From contig MU004244.1 of the NCBI GenBank assembly GCA_010405405.1, positions 933,895-997,894 of the forward strand: a DNA stretch of 64,000 nt, given 5' to 3'. This stretch comes from Microthyrium microscopicum (taxonomy: Eukaryota). This document shows positions 26,275-39,802 of this stretch, piece by piece. The translations under genes were made by a program, and so were the position numbers. Within the stretch, counting starts at the first letter, position 1; each line of letters begins with the position of its first letter. The notes beneath the pieces are model-generated. The model did no database searches, had not been told where the DNA came from, and saw nothing but the letters and a program-made list of their open reading frames with translations.

Positions 26275-26928
26275 ACCAGCACAGAATCACAAGACTTGCT
26301 TTCCCCAAACTTGATGTTGTTTGGGGCGGAATGTCGTTGATTAGAAGCACGAAAGCAAAGTGAAGGATGGCCGCTGTTAAACAATGTATTCTTCATCAAA
26401 AGGTAAAAATAAATGGAACCTTATGTATAACCTTTGTTCTGATAAAGAGCCGGAAAAAACAAAGACACCCAGTCAACCAGTACAATGACCTGAGCTTCGT
26501 AGCCAGCCAACCGCATGGCAAAATAACTGGCGTTCTCCCATCACCTTCGCTGGCTCCCACAAACGCTTTTCTTGGGAACAATGTGGAGTAAGTCGAGCGG
26601 ACAAAGAGTGTTCCGGTAGAAAAGCGGCGTGATAGAACAATGACCTTGTCAACACCAGGTCAAGTAGCGGCACAATGGCTTTGATTCTATCATTTAGATG
26701 TCCTTGACCAAGGGTTGAAAGTCTTTCAAGAGCTCGTCAGGAAAGTATATATAGCCTTCAAGTGCCAGTGATAGAAGAGGCATCAAATCACCCGGTTCCA
26801 GCGGCGATTACTACATAAACCGTATTTGCAGCTTGCGCGGACTTCCCACTTCAAGAACCAGCTCATCGGTAGTAACAAATCGTATGCTAACTTCCGGACT
26901 GCACGTCCGCACCGCCAAAAACACCTCG

Positions 26929-27333
26929 ATGGCTACCAACACCACCGCAAACGACAGATATGGTGACCCGGTCACAGATGATCCCGGCTACCGCGCTAAA
27001 AACATAGGTTTGAGCGTTGGACTGTCAGTTCTCATCCTTGGTTGCTTGATTGTCATCTTCCTGGCTTTATGGATTCCTCATTATCGCCAGCGCCGGGCTC
27101 AACAGCTGCGAGATCTCTCAGATTCAACTCATCAAGGCACCATCGCACCTTCTGGCATCATGATGCGAGATCTTGAAGCACAGCCTGAGCCAGCTCAGCC
27201 TGAGCTTCTCGCAGTTCCCTATCAACCTCGTGTGCGTACACCTCCCCCAGCCTATACTAGCCGGGCCAATTCAGTTACTAGCCGCAAAGCACCATCATAT
27301 CACAGTGACAGTGCCTCCGAATGGAGCGGTTAG
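26929..27333 (+). CDS. Small single-pass membrane protein with cytosolic PPxY motif (~134 aa)
   Basis: TM IGLSVGLSVLILGCLIVIFLALWI, then RQRR, DLEAQ and TPPPAY. Confidence 0.6.
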   Translation: MATNTTANDRYGDPVTDDPGYRAKNIGLSVGLSVLILGCLIVIFLALWIPHYRQRRAQQLRDLSDSTHQGTIAPSGIMMRDLEAQPEPAQPELLAVPYQPRVRTPPPAYTSRANSVTSRKAPSYHSDSASEWSG

Positions 27334-28078
27334 AGGCTATACAGATAATCGATGACTGGCAGTAGTTGCCCTTGTAGAGGGAGCTTCGGTTGCATCGTGA
27401 ATCATGGTGTGCGAGCGCCAGTATCCATATTGTAAGTATTCTTATGCAAAACATAAGTAGAAAAAATGAAACCCTTTGATCAAATATCAATATTTCTTCT
27501 GTGAAATGCCAGTGTCAAAACATGCTACGTCTGATATAGAAGTGAATGGCTCCCATCATCATCGGTATCTAGGAACGGGGCTAAACGGTAGACGTTGACG
27601 GCTAACATCTTTTAATTGCCTTCCTCTAACCAGTCCTAACCTATTTGACAGCCCAAGACATATTCCATTTTTGCGGACGCGTTACGATACATACTCTTTG
27701 AACGTTGTTCACAACTGCGTTGGGAGCCAGCGACATTACACCTACTGAGCTGCCGATTAGTTTTCATTGTATGCTGCATAGTTCAGATACAAGTCCTTTC
27801 ATTGCCATATCAAAACAGGATGCTTTTCAGCCCACAGGATGCTTTTCAGCCCATAAGGGTATGATACCAGAACGAAGCCTTTCTGGGCACCTCAACTTAT
27901 GTATTCTTCACGTATAATGAACTTTCTGATACCAACATATACCCCTAAACTTCATCTCTTTTCTTAACTCATCAGAGTTCTCCAAACACACCCTCACACA
28001 CAAAAGTTCTAAGCAACCGGCCCAACAACTTCTGTGTGAGTCGACCAGGTTTACAGTAACCCCGAAAGTAACCTACCA

Positions 28079-28618
28079 ATGCTTCCACCAAACAAGAACA
28101 CTTATCCCCTTCGTCAATACAACCCACGCTCCCACTCGCCTGAGCTTCCAAACGAGCTCACCCCAGACGATGTCAGCGCCACCCTGCGCGCCGCTCGTCT
28201 CGCTCGTCTCACTCGTCTCACACGCGAAGCAGAAGAGCGTATCGACAAACTGGCCGACAACCTCAAAGAAAAACATACCACCACCTCCTCATCTTCCTCA
28301 TCCTCTGGAAACCCAGACGATGACGATGAGTGGGAAGACATCCCCTCCCCTCCCCTCCCAACATACACTTACATCTTCGGCCCATCAACCGGCGAAACCG
28401 ACCGCGATCTAGCCCGTCTAAGCACCTCCGAGCGCCAGCGCACCTTATTGGAAGCGGAAGTAGCTGATCTCAACTACATCCACGGCATCCCGTGCCTGGA
28501 TCCACCACGCTACAGCAGTGTGTATGGAGTGCGGGCGCGGCTGCGGCTGTTGCGGACTCCGAGGCTGATGTTAGCGCGGATGCGTGTTCGGGCACGGGAG
28601 GCTAGGGGAGCGCCGTGA
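28079..28618 (+). CDS. Hypothetical protein (179 aa)
   Basis: ATG-initiated ORF with coding-like composition (acidic DDDDEWED, LPTY, PPRY motifs); family not recognised. Confidence 0.5.
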   Translation: MLPPNKNTYPLRQYNPRSHSPELPNELTPDDVSATLRAARLARLTRLTREAEERIDKLADNLKEKHTTTSSSSSSSGNPDDDDEWEDIPSPPLPTYTYIFGPSTGETDRDLARLSTSERQRTLLEAEVADLNYIHGIPCLDPPRYSSVYGVRARLRLLRTPRLMLARMRVRAREARGAP

Positions 28619-29403
28619 GGTGGTGAAATGGTAGTGGGTAGTATTTGGGGCCTGGGAGGCATGGTGGGAGGGAATATTGTAGTGTTGCGCATATAAATAG
28701 ATCTGCATTTTCAAAATGACGTGTCTTTGTGAATCTTACCTGTGAGCCATCGAAAAATGAGATCCGCTTATTGGTGGTGGAGTGCCATCTTGCTTGACGG
28801 TTAGTCAAAGGGTACCTCGACTGATGGGGGCCATGAGGTGTTTCCGTATGATCGAAACGTGATCCAGTCCTACAAATAAGCGTCCTAGGCGTGAGCATTC
28901 ACAATTTGGTGGTCTAGATCGAGAGCCGAAAGAATTGAGCTGATGGTGTTCATTTTGGTCTTCATACATGAGGTGCCTGATACATAACTGACAAGTCGCC
29001 GAATCCATAGAAAAAGTGTCCTCCTTCAACACCGCGAGATGCATCCTTGAGCCGCAAACAGTGCAACAATCGCTGGGGTATTCGACACATCCTTCTTTTA
29101 CCAACCATAACTGAATAATGGAACAAAGCACATTATTCCGCGAGAAAGTCTTGCACGCCTTCCAATCTCCAAACAAGCAGCTGAGCCAATATACAGCCAC
29201 AGCGACAGACATAGAATCGACTATCGCCGCGACCATGTAGATGGACGAGAGCCTCCAACATTCATATTGATCTTCTTTGGAATGTCACCAATAGGTGTAG
29301 GGTTGCTATAGTTCCAGAATAATTAGTAATCAATTCAAAATGTTTCTCGCTCTCCGGATCATGGATGGTATAATAATAATTTTGGGTTAACTCCATATAT
29401 ATT

Positions 29404-30530
29404 TTACCTCTTTTTCGTGCCTGGTCGTGGCTTGCACTCGTCTCCAGTAACCGGATGGAGCATGATCTTGTTAGGTGATGTCGTCGAATGTCCGTTGAAT
29501 CCTTTGCTCCAGTCGTAGCTGACAGCATAAGCAAAGATTTCTCCGGTATGGTTGAAGGATGTGGAGACAATGGGGCCGCCGACTTCAGGATAACCCTTCA
29601 GTCTATGCTTAGCGTCCTTGTCCCAGAAGTGATATGTTCCGTCGCTGCCGGCTGTGCTGAATGTTCCGTGTTTGGGATGCCATGAGATGGCATTGACACT
29701 GTAGACCTTGGATAGATTGCGGTCGTTGGGGTCGGTGACACGGTGGCATTTGAATGAGAAGTTGAGGCTTTGATCTTTCTCGTCCACATATTGCATGGCA
29801 CAACGTCCTTCTATGCTGCCTACAGCATAGCCAGTCTGGTCATTGTAGCAGCTTACTACGCGGGTCTGCCATTTGAGTGGGCTGGTGATGGTTTTGTAGA
29901 GTTCGGTGGGTTTGTCGAGGTTGAAGATGTCAATGAATCGCTCTGCGAGGCCGAGAACTAGCAGCTTGCCTCGTACATCCATGGAATATACGCGCTCTTT
30001 CAGATCTACAGAGGCAGCTGGAGTTTGCTGCCGTAAATCCCAGTAGCGAATTTTCTTGTCCCATGATCCGGTTACGAGCATTTGATTGCCGCCAGTCTCG
30101 AAGAACTTGACGCACTTGATGGGCTCGTCGTGTGCAGCAACTTGCTGTGCGGTAGTAGCACCAGAGCCAACATCCAGTATCCGAGCGGTTTTATCTGCAC
30201 CGCCAGCAACACATTTGTTGCCATCCTAGGTCGTGTTAAGAAGAAGAGTCTAAGTTCCTACACGGGTGAACTTACCAACGACCATGCGACAGACAGGGCG
30301 GGTGCTTCAAGCTCGAAAATGGCCTTTCCTTGGCTGTTTCCCGACTGATCAATTTCGTAGATACGAACTTTGTTATCCCATGATGATGCGGCCAAGAAGT
30401 TGGCACTCGGGTGAAAAGCAATCTCGCTGACGCTGTCGGATGGAGGATCGCGAACTGCAATGTCTGACTTTAGATCTCCTTGACTATTCGAAGCTGACGT
30501 AGCCGCCGCAGAGCCGAAAAGTCCAGACAT
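29404..30530 (-). CDS. GLE2: WD40 mRNA export factor Gle2/Rae1; exons 30530-30276 and 30225-29404
   Basis: SWDNKVRIYEI, TGSWDK, SPLKWQTR, GSIEGR, FSFKCHR, TAGSDG, YAVSYDWSKG; in-frame GTAAGT...TAG intron. Confidence 0.93.
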
Positions 30531-31869
30531 TTTGAAGAAGTTGGAGTCGAACGCGGAGGGTTGTGGAGAGCGCTGGGCGATTTATGGAGGAAGGTTGGGG
30601 TGTTGATGTCTTGTAGAGGCGCAAGAGCTGCGGTTGGTAGAAGTAGTGTTGGTCAGGCCAAGGCTATCACCTTAGCAGTAGGCAGCGTTCGGAATCGCGT
30701 ATCGCTGCAATAGTGAGTCAACTGGTCGAGGTACAAGGCAGTGGAAATAATTTGTTGGACATGGATGAATTCAATCGATTGAGATGGAGTTGAAGCCTGG
30801 TCGCGCTTGGACTGAGCTCAAGCTCTGACAGGGAAGGCGCGCTAAAACAACGCGCCTGCCGAACCAAACTCGAACGGCCCGATGTTTCCCCGCCAAAAAA
30901 AAGTTTCTACAAACCCAACCTCCAACTTCCCATTCTCTCTTCCTTCCTTGTACTCTTGTTCCAAAAATCGTCATCAAAGCTTACACACAGAAAACATCCA
31001 TCTGGATATTTTCATTCACATACTGCTTTGGGAGAAAGTCCCCGGACACCTTAGACTCTCCAGTCTGAGCATGCGGAAACGCGCCGCCACAGAAGCACTG
31101 CGGCTCATCCTCGCCAGCACAGGATTGCCTCTGCTTTCCACCTACCTACCGTCTGCACTCTTTTGCAACGTACCATGCCTGAGCTACTTGGACGCTAATC
31201 GAGAGGCCACATGGATGATGATATGAGTCCGAACTCTTGAGATGCCCCAGGCAGCAGAAGGCCGTGCTTGCAATTGAGGAGGTGAGTATCTGGGGAGTAG
31301 TTGAACCTAACATGGCCGAGGGCAATTTCGTCGTAGCGGATAGTTATACGATTGCCCAGGATAGCTGCTGGCAACAGCAGGGACTCTTGAGTAACTCAAT
31401 GGGGCTTATTTTGGATTCGAGGGTACCACCAAACCGTCTACTTTTTTTTCGGGTCTGTACAGATGTCAACCTACACTCTATCCTTTATGACATGCTGTTT
31501 TAGTTCTGTCAAAGGAACAAGACTCTTGCAGTTCGATTTAATTGTTCAAATGATGAGGAAAACTGAAATAGAGTCAAGCACTGAAATCTTTGCCTTCATT
31601 GGCATTTCTTGATGAGACTTTCTACGACGGTATCTGATGAACACTTTAGAACATTCAATTGTTTCACTCCTTCCCATGCGTCATTCTACCTAGCGTTGCT
31701 TCTATCCCCTTCCCATCCTATATCGCTCATCCCATTCCATAGTTTAGAAATATTCTACGCATCATGACGCTATGCAACTTGCCGACTTTCCTTGGCTCGT
31801 CCTTCTTGTAATCAAGGCAATATATTGGCCTTTCTGAGACCCTTTAATTGATCAAATCATTTCCTGTCT

Positions 31870-33955
31870 TCATGTTCCTGTCAACGCGCTCTCACGACCG
31901 TCATTCTGTAACCCTGCTCCGGTGACTTCCCCTGTCTTTGCTTTCTTTTCTGGTGGATTGGTATGGACGCCTCCTCGAGTATTGCTCACGTCACCCATCA
32001 CCTGTCTGGGAACTGTTTCAGGTCCACGTTTTCCCAGTGCTGGACCTGGAAGCTTGTATGACGTTCGATTAGCCAAAGGACTTCCCGCTCCGCCTGGCAC
32101 ACCTATTCTTCGAGCCGTATCTGCGAGTGGATTAACCACATTAGGTCGGGCCTGAGCCTGATTGTTTGGTCCTGCATTAGCAGGGTTGGTAGTGGTCGCG
32201 GTAGTAGTCCCGGCGGCTACCGCCGAACGGTGGATGGGTCCTGATTTTCCGTGATTCACTCCAGTAGTTCGTCTCATTACTCCAGGAGTATGTGGGTCGA
32301 ATGGCTTTATTTGCGCAGAAAGTGGTGACTTTTCGTCGTTTAGCACATCAGCTACCCGAGCACTGTAGAAACCGACCGGGACTGGAGGGGCATTGAACTG
32401 CGCTGTGCCATTGGCCTGTTGTAGAGCAGGATTTTGCGCTGCATTGTTCTGTGCCTGCGCAGGCTGTCCGCGAGCTGGCGGAGTTCCGCTCAGCCGATTC
32501 TGTCCATTCATCTGAGCAGGGCCTGCCGCACCATTGTTGTTGGCATTGGCAGGCCGATGCGAGGAACCATTGCCATTGTGCTGTTGTACGTTTTGTTGAT
32601 TAGAGCCAAGTGCTCGTTGTGCCGTGTTGTTGGACTGTCCCTGTTGTGGAGCCTGGTGACGTTGAATTTGAGCTGCTTGTGCCTGTGCTTGTGGTTGCCG
32701 GTTTTGCATAGACTGCCTTGCTTGTTGATTTTGTCCAGCTTGCTGCGCTCTAGATTGCTGGTTCTGCGCAGCTTGATTCGGGTGATTCTCCGTTCTCGCC
32801 CCGTTCGAGTTCATCACCTGTTGCTGTCCTCGATTTGCGGATTGCTGAGGCAAGGGATGTTGGTTTTCAGCAGGCGGTCCAGGACCCTGATTGCCATTAG
32901 TCGTACGACCAGCTGGTATTGGCTCTATCGGTGGCCTTGGATCTGACTGAATTGTCTCTACACTCTCTTCCATGTCAATATCGTCCGAATGGACGAATTC
33001 CAAGTGCTCAAAGTCGTCCGCTCCGTACTCGTCATCATATTGATCCATTGAATTGGCCGACTCTGCGCTGATATGTCTTGCTAGTGCGCCGTTGTTAGAC
33101 GTTGCGTTTTGTGCTGGTATTGGAGCCGAGACTTTCGCTGGTATACGGGTCGGTGTTTGTACTGCCACTGGAGCTGGAGGTTGCTGAACTGGAGGGTCCG
33201 GTTTGTGCGCAGGGTGGCTATGATGCCGATGGAGATCGTCCGCATTCCATTGTATGGGATCAGTTTTGACTTTGGAGATTTTGTCGGTATAGGTTTTGTC
33301 GTAAAGACAGTTTCCTAGCAAGTTGCCGAAGTTTCTCAGAGTTCTTTTAAGTGCGTCGGTGGATGCCTCCTTCTTTGTCTTTTCAAAAGCTGCAGCCTTA
33401 CTCGGAGAGTTCTTGATTTCTCCATATCCAATGTCCTATATGGCAGTGTCAGTTTTAGTTCAGGTGTTTTGACAACCCATCTCTGATACAACGCACCTCG
33501 TGGAATGTGCCATCTTTCAGAGTTATGCGAACGATTATTGAACAGCCCATAGTCACTCTGCCGTTGCCATCCAAGTCGACCTGATCATACAATGTTAGAA
33601 ACCTATTCGAATATTCACTATTTTGACTCACAAAATCAATGTGGACATTCCGTATCTCGGATGACCAACCATTGAAGCCAAACACTTCGTTTGTCAGATT
33701 GATGAGCTTTTCAGCAGTTATGTAGGAGAGTTTTGTGCCGCCTGGGCCAGGTCTAGTGGAAATGTATTCGGGTCCAAGTTGACGATCTAGTCTACTTTGT
33801 AGAGTTGCGATTTCCTGGGCGGTATATTTGTTGATATTCTGTTCGTTTGGACGAAAAGGGTTGGGTATCGACGCGTACTGATCACCTGGGCTAGACCATA
33901 AATTAAGTAACGTTGTCAATTTTGAAGAAGGACACAAGAAAACTTACTTGGGCAT
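31870..33955 (-). CDS. RAD52: DNA repair/recombination protein Rad52 (multi-exon)
   Basis: [51 protein letters not shown]; micro first exon ATGCCCAA followed by GTAAGT at 33947. Confidence 0.92.
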
Positions 33956-34038
33956 GATCGCTTCACATTCGAGCCAACAGACGAAGATCGGGAGTGCAGA
34001 TATTGGGGAGTTGATCGATGATGGATGGAGGTTGAGGC

Positions 34039-34111
34039 ACGCGTCGCCTTCGGGAGCTTTGGCGACTGGGGAGACGTTGTGGAAGCCTAGCGCGTCGCCT
34101 CAAAGGCGCGT
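34039..34111. promoter_or_regulatory. MCB-like (ACGCGT/CGCG) cluster in the RAD52/ELP1 divergent promoter
   Basis: ACGCGT at 34039-34044 plus GCGCGT at ~34090 and ~34106; MBF-type sites are typical upstream of fungal DNA repair genes. Confidence 0.5.
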
Positions 34112-34440
34112 AATCACGTGGAGAAATGGTGACGTTAAATACGCCCCCAATGTTATAAACAGTACAAATAAGTAAATGAAATGAGCCAGGTATTTGAACA
34201 AGAAGGACAACTATTTCGCAAGTAAAGGTTTAAAGGTATCAAACGTGAGCTGTTGCGGTGAAGAACGTTGACAAGATACTAGAAAGCGCGCGCCAAGGCC
34301 GCATTCTAGATCTTGATCAGATTAGATCTTTGCATCGTTCAGTCTAAAAAATTATGACTTGGACCTTGAATATCATAGACAAGGACATCCGTCCGCTACG
34401 ACCTATTTTGCGCTCAAAAAATTGAACTGACTCGTAGAAA

Positions 34441-37400
34441 ATGCGCAACCTTCGAAGCATTCGACGTAAGGTGTTGAACTTTTCGGATACCACAGATCAG
34501 CCACTTGCAGCCACAGCCTGGGAGACAAATGGAAAGAGCATAATATGTGTATTCGGGCCTTCCGAGGAGAGTGCTTCTATTGAGCTAGCCAGAGTTCACC
34601 TTGGAGGAGATGAAGGTGAAAAACAGGGTGAAAAACAGCAGACTATCGCAGCATGGGATGCGCCATGCCCAAATCCCGATCTACTCCACGACGAAGTGTT
34701 GAGTCTTCAAATATTTCCGGGTTCAGACAGCTTCTGTTTAATCTTGCGAGGAGGGGATATTGTTCTGATCCGAGAACGACCTTCATCTGGTGAAGAGCAG
34801 ATTGAAATTGTTGGATCTGTAGATGATGGCATCTCTGCTGCTCGCTGGTCTCCAGACGAAGAACTGCTTGCATTGCACACGAACGGACCATCACTCGTTC
34901 TTATGTCGAGGGATTTTGAGCCACTTGCAGACGTCAAACTAACATCGGAGGATGTGAAAGCTTCAAACCATGTCTCTGTTGGCTGGGGCAAAGTAGAGAC
35001 GCAGTTCAAAGGCAAGCGAGCCAAAGCACTCAAAGATCCAACGATGCCAGAGAAGACCGATGAGGGAATCTTGAGTCTTCTAGACGATAAGAAGGTGACC
35101 ATCAGCTGGCGAGGAGATGGTGAATTCCTTGCCATCAACTCAATCTTGAACGACCAGCGGCGCATGATTCGAGTATACTCTCGAGATGGCGCTCTGGATA
35201 GTGTGAGCGAGCCTGTGGATTCTTTGGAAGGAGCTTTGAGCTGGCGACCGTCTGGTAATCTTCTTGCTGGACTCAAACGTAACTCTGACAGTGCTGAAGT
35301 GGTATTCTTTGAGCGTAATGGGCTTCGGCACGGCCAGTTCAAGTTGAGGGTCACAGAAGAGGAACTGAAGACATGGGCATCTTCTATAAAGCTGGAATGG
35401 AATTATGATTCCACTGTACTTGCTGTTCTTCTTAAGGATCGAGTGCAGCTGTGGACAATGGGCAATTATCACTACTACCTCAAGCAAACAGTATGGTTAG
35501 CTTCGGACGAAACTGGAGTCTCTCGACTCTGTTGGAACGCAGAGAAGCCTCTTTTGCTAGCAGTCAATCGAGATGGTCAGTTGTACCAGCAAGTCGTTCT
35601 ATTAAACGCTAACAGACACAGCTCAACTACACATTCATCACTACGCATTCTCCATAGCACAGGGAACAACAGCCCCGCCTGATGATGCAGGTTCAGTGGC
35701 TGTAGTAGATGGAAGTAAGGACATCAACTCCAGAATAACCTGATCGCTTCTAACATCTGCAGATATCTTGAAACTGACCCCGTTCCGTTATGCCAATGTT
35801 CCACCTCCAATGAGCAATCACGACCTACTTGAGAAAGACGAAGTCATTGATGTGTCTTTAAACTCGACAGCAGGAATTCTTGCAACTCTGCACCGACGCT
35901 ATATCAACGTCTATACTTACTTCACCAAAAACCGAAAATCAGCACAGCCAAAATCAGTGATTGAAATCCCCATACCATCACATTCCGGAACCCCCTATCA
36001 AATCGCAGTCAACAAAAAGGGTGTAGTGGTTGTATTGACGTACGAACCGAATGATGGCGAACAGCTCTTCTTGTGTAACCTTGAAGTAGATCATTCATTT
36101 GAACCAGTAATACCTCACGACTCCTTCATGGCTGGAGCTACCAACCTTTACCTTAGTGTCGACCAGAAAGATGTTCATGTACAAGATGGCTTGGGAGGGA
36201 TCTTTACAGTTGTTGAAGATGTCATTCAGCCTTCGAACAACCTATTATACCTTCCGGAGGCATGCCCGTGGCTTGAGGCCATAACTTATGCTGAAGTGGT
36301 ATGTTGACATCGAATCGCAGTCGCTTATGCTAACGTCTTGAAAGACCACCCCTTTCGGACTCTCCGAGTCTGGAGTTCTGTACGCAGGCAATAAAGTTCT
36401 AACGCAGAACTGCACTTCATTTCTCGTTACTCCATTGCATCTGGTTTTTACAACTTCCAATCACCTGTTGAAGGTCATCCATCTTGCAGCGGATGATGGT
36501 AAGCTAACATGAACAAGTACAATGACTTGATACTAAAATCTCTACAGAGCTACAAGTACCAGCAGATCAGCCTGAGCTTGATGAAAGATGTCGAAGTATA
36601 GAAAGAGGCGCCAAACTTGTCACCGCAATTCCGTCGACTTACTCCTTAGTTCTTCAGATGCCAAGAGGTAATCTGGAAACTATATATCCCCGAGCAATGG
36701 TCCTAGCAGCGATTCGAAAGAACATTGACGCACTGGACTACAAAACTTCTTTCATGACGTGTCGAAATCAGCGTGTAGACATGAACATCATCCATGATCA
36801 CAATCCCGAGCAATTCATGGAAAATGTAGCAAAATTCATACAGCAGATTCAAAAAGTCGAGCACATCGATCTGTTTCTCTCACAGCTGAGGTATGTTTAC
36901 AAACGCCACTTTATCCAGCGAGCGGCTAAGCTAACTAATTTTCAGAGACGAAGACGTCAGCCAAACTATGTATCGTGATACTATCAAGTCTTCTGGCTCA
37001 AATCTTACTGCCAATGGAGTAGTGAGCCAGGAATTGGGCTCCAAGATCAACCGTGTATGCGACGCATTTCTTCAATTGTTCCAAAACGATCAGGATGCGT
37101 ACCTACAGAACATGATCACAGCTCATGTATGCAAATCTCCTCCGGACCTTGAAGGTGGACTTCAAATTATATCCAAGCTTAAAGGTAAAATCCGTGGAGT
37201 ATGCCTGTACTTCGACTAATATATGACAGGACAAGGAGAAGAAGTTGCTGAAAGGGCTTCCGAGCATATATGCTTCCTAGCAGATGTGAATCAGCTGTAT
37301 GAACATGCATTAGGCATCTACGATCTAGATGTTGCGATTCTTATTGCACAGCAGTCGCAAAAAGTATGCTGTGTGTATCTACAACTAGCGTCAATAGCTA

Positions 37401-38760
37401 AATTATCACAGGATCCTCGTGAATATCTACCATACATTCAAAAGCTGCAGGAAATGTCAGCCGTCCGAAGGCAGTTTGCAATCGACAACGACCTTAAGCG
37501 ACACAACAAAGCTATAGGCCATCTTCATTCTTTGAGTGCTTTCGAGGAAGTAAAGCAATACGCCGAGAAGCATGAATTGTATAATGCAGCAATAGAGCTG
37601 TACAAATACCAGGACGATCAGCTTCGTCAGCTTATGAGACTATATGCAGATTTCCTCAATAGTCGTAACAGATATAAGGAAGCAGGAATTGGTAAGCACA
37701 ATATCGTCATGGCCAATGTGCATTGCTAACAAGTATAAAGCATATGAATTCTTAGGTGACTATGAAGCGGCCATATCCGCCTATCGCCCAGCTGTAATGT
37801 GGCAGGAAGCACTATCATGCGCAGCCTCCCTTCCTTCTAGTAAAGAGGATATTGAGAGTCTGGCTCAGGAACTCGCCGAAGCTTTAGAAGAGTCGAAAGA
37901 TCTACAAGCTGCCGCTACCATTTATCTGGACTACTTGTCCGACGTAGAATCGGCGGCGCGCCTCTTATGTAAAGCCTATCAATTTTCTGAAGCTCTGAGA
38001 ATAATAGGCTTTCGGCAGCAACCAGAACTGGTTGGCAAAGTGGTTGAACCCGGCCTAATGGAGTGCTTTACGTCCACGACCGAGCTGCTAGCAGATTGCA
38101 AAGGACAAATCGGTGCTCAGACTACCCGACTTCGAGAACTCAGGTTGAAGAAGGAGCAAGAACCTCGTAAGTCTTTCAAACATCCTTTCTAGCTAATCTA
38201 ATACTCTCTCTGTGGCTTTCTATGCTGGTGACGCCGTAGCAGGCGCGGATGGTGACTTCCGTGACGACATCTCGCTAGCTCCAACAGATGCCACCACATC
38301 TGGCGGAACCTTTATGACTCGATACACAAGTCATACTGATGGTACTCTCAATACCCAAACTACTCGTAAAACAAGCAAGAACCGCAAACGCGAAGAACGT
38401 AAGCGAGCTCGAGGCAAGAAAGGCAGCGTGTACGAGGAAGAGTACATCGTCAACTCATTGACACGACTCATCGAGAGAGTCAACACGGTCAACGATGATG
38501 TCGCGAGATTGGTGGAGGGTCTCATGCGCCGAGGTAAACGTGAACAGGCTCGAGTGGTTGAGTCAGCCATGTTAGAAGTTGCTGGTCTCTGTAAAGCCAT
38601 GATGGACGAGGTATATGAGATCAAGCGAAATGATCCCCTGCCCAAGGATGAACGGCCAACTGGTGGAGACTCTGTCCTCATAAATGCACTAGAGACTGCT
38701 CAGCAGCCAAAGGTTGCTCCTGTGATAAAAGCATTCGAACGGCTGTCCTTGTTGAAGTAG
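34441..38760 (+). CDS. ELP1: Elongator complex protein 1 (multi-exon)
   Basis: MRNL start, VSVGWGKVETQFKGKRAK, SWRGDG, FFERNGLRHG, QLWTMGNYHYYLKQ, MPRGNLETIYPRAMVL, KNRKREERKRARGKKGSVYEEEY. Confidence 0.95.
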
Positions 38761-38776
38761 CGGTCCAGTATCAATC

Positions 38777-39536
38777 TCACAGTCCAAGAATTTCTTCTAT
38801 CCTGGTGACGATATCGTTCCAATCTTTCATCGCTCCACTGCCCGTATCACCACAAGCAAGAGTCTTCTCAATGGGTCTCATGACCTCCACCCAGCCTCCA
38901 TTCTTAACATTCCACTCTCCCTCCAACAGCTCCAGATGCTTTGCTGTCAATGGATGAAACCACATTGCCGTATTCATAGCCTGGTAACAATTAGCAGCTT
39001 GAACACCGTACCAAGACAACAAATCAACTGACCGGCGCAACAACAATTCTCTTCTTCTCCAAACTCCTTCCGCCCACCACATGCGCCTCATCCAACATCC
39101 CACTAACATCCCACGCCCTCACTGTCGACAGTAGCAGGTTGTCGCACAGTCCCCCCGCCATCTTACCCAGACTGTTTGCACTCAGCGGTGCAATTACCAG
39201 TAGATCTGCCCAGCGCCTCAATTCAATATGCAGGATCTTAGCGCCTCTTGTCCAAGGGATAGCATATTCGTCTGCGTCAAAGTAGATGCCGTCTACATTG
39301 GGCATCTTTGCTATGGACTCCAGACTGGGCTGCTCCGCAGATTGACCGCCGAGAAAGTGCGCTGCGGAACTGGTCATGATGAGCCGGATGGAGAGGTTTG
39401 TATGAGCAGAGAGGGCGGTGATGATGTTGGGGATTTTGATGGTAGCAACACTACCCGTTGCGGCGAGGAGCAGATGGTGTTTGTTGTCGCTGGTGTAGAG
39501 AGACGAGTCGAAAGGCGTTGGTGTTGATGTTGACAT
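38777..39536 (-). CDS. Phosphopantothenoylcysteine decarboxylase (Hal3/Cab3-family flavoprotein); one intron near 38980-39030
   Basis: ATGSVA, HIELRRWAD, APLSANSLGK, GLCDNLL, PAMNTAMW, LACGDTGSGAM; catalytic His, Asn and Cys all present. Confidence 0.9.
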
Positions 39537-39802
39537 TTTTGTGGCGGCGACACGACGCGGTTTTAGGATAAAGAAGATACTACTTATGATTTCTGAGTAT
39601 CGATCGTTATGTCTTCCAAGCTCTTTCAATATTTATATCTCTCCCGATTATTGGGTCACTGCCGTGGCGAGTGATGATGAGAAATCAACATCAAATGCTT
39701 GGCAAGAATCTGATCTGATGCCATCAAAGCTCAGAGCTTCTCTTAACTTTTTACGGCGTGCATCAACTTCCGAATACTTACTGTACCACAAGATATACCA
39801 CA

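Noticed and set aside
26925..26938. ctcgatggctacca at the start codon of the TM/PY gene matches the dispersed repeat core
   Set aside because: Only 14 nt with no flanking similarity; could be chance.
27815..27852. 19-bp perfect tandem duplication acaggatgcttttcagccc
   Set aside because: Two copies only; ordinary slippage.
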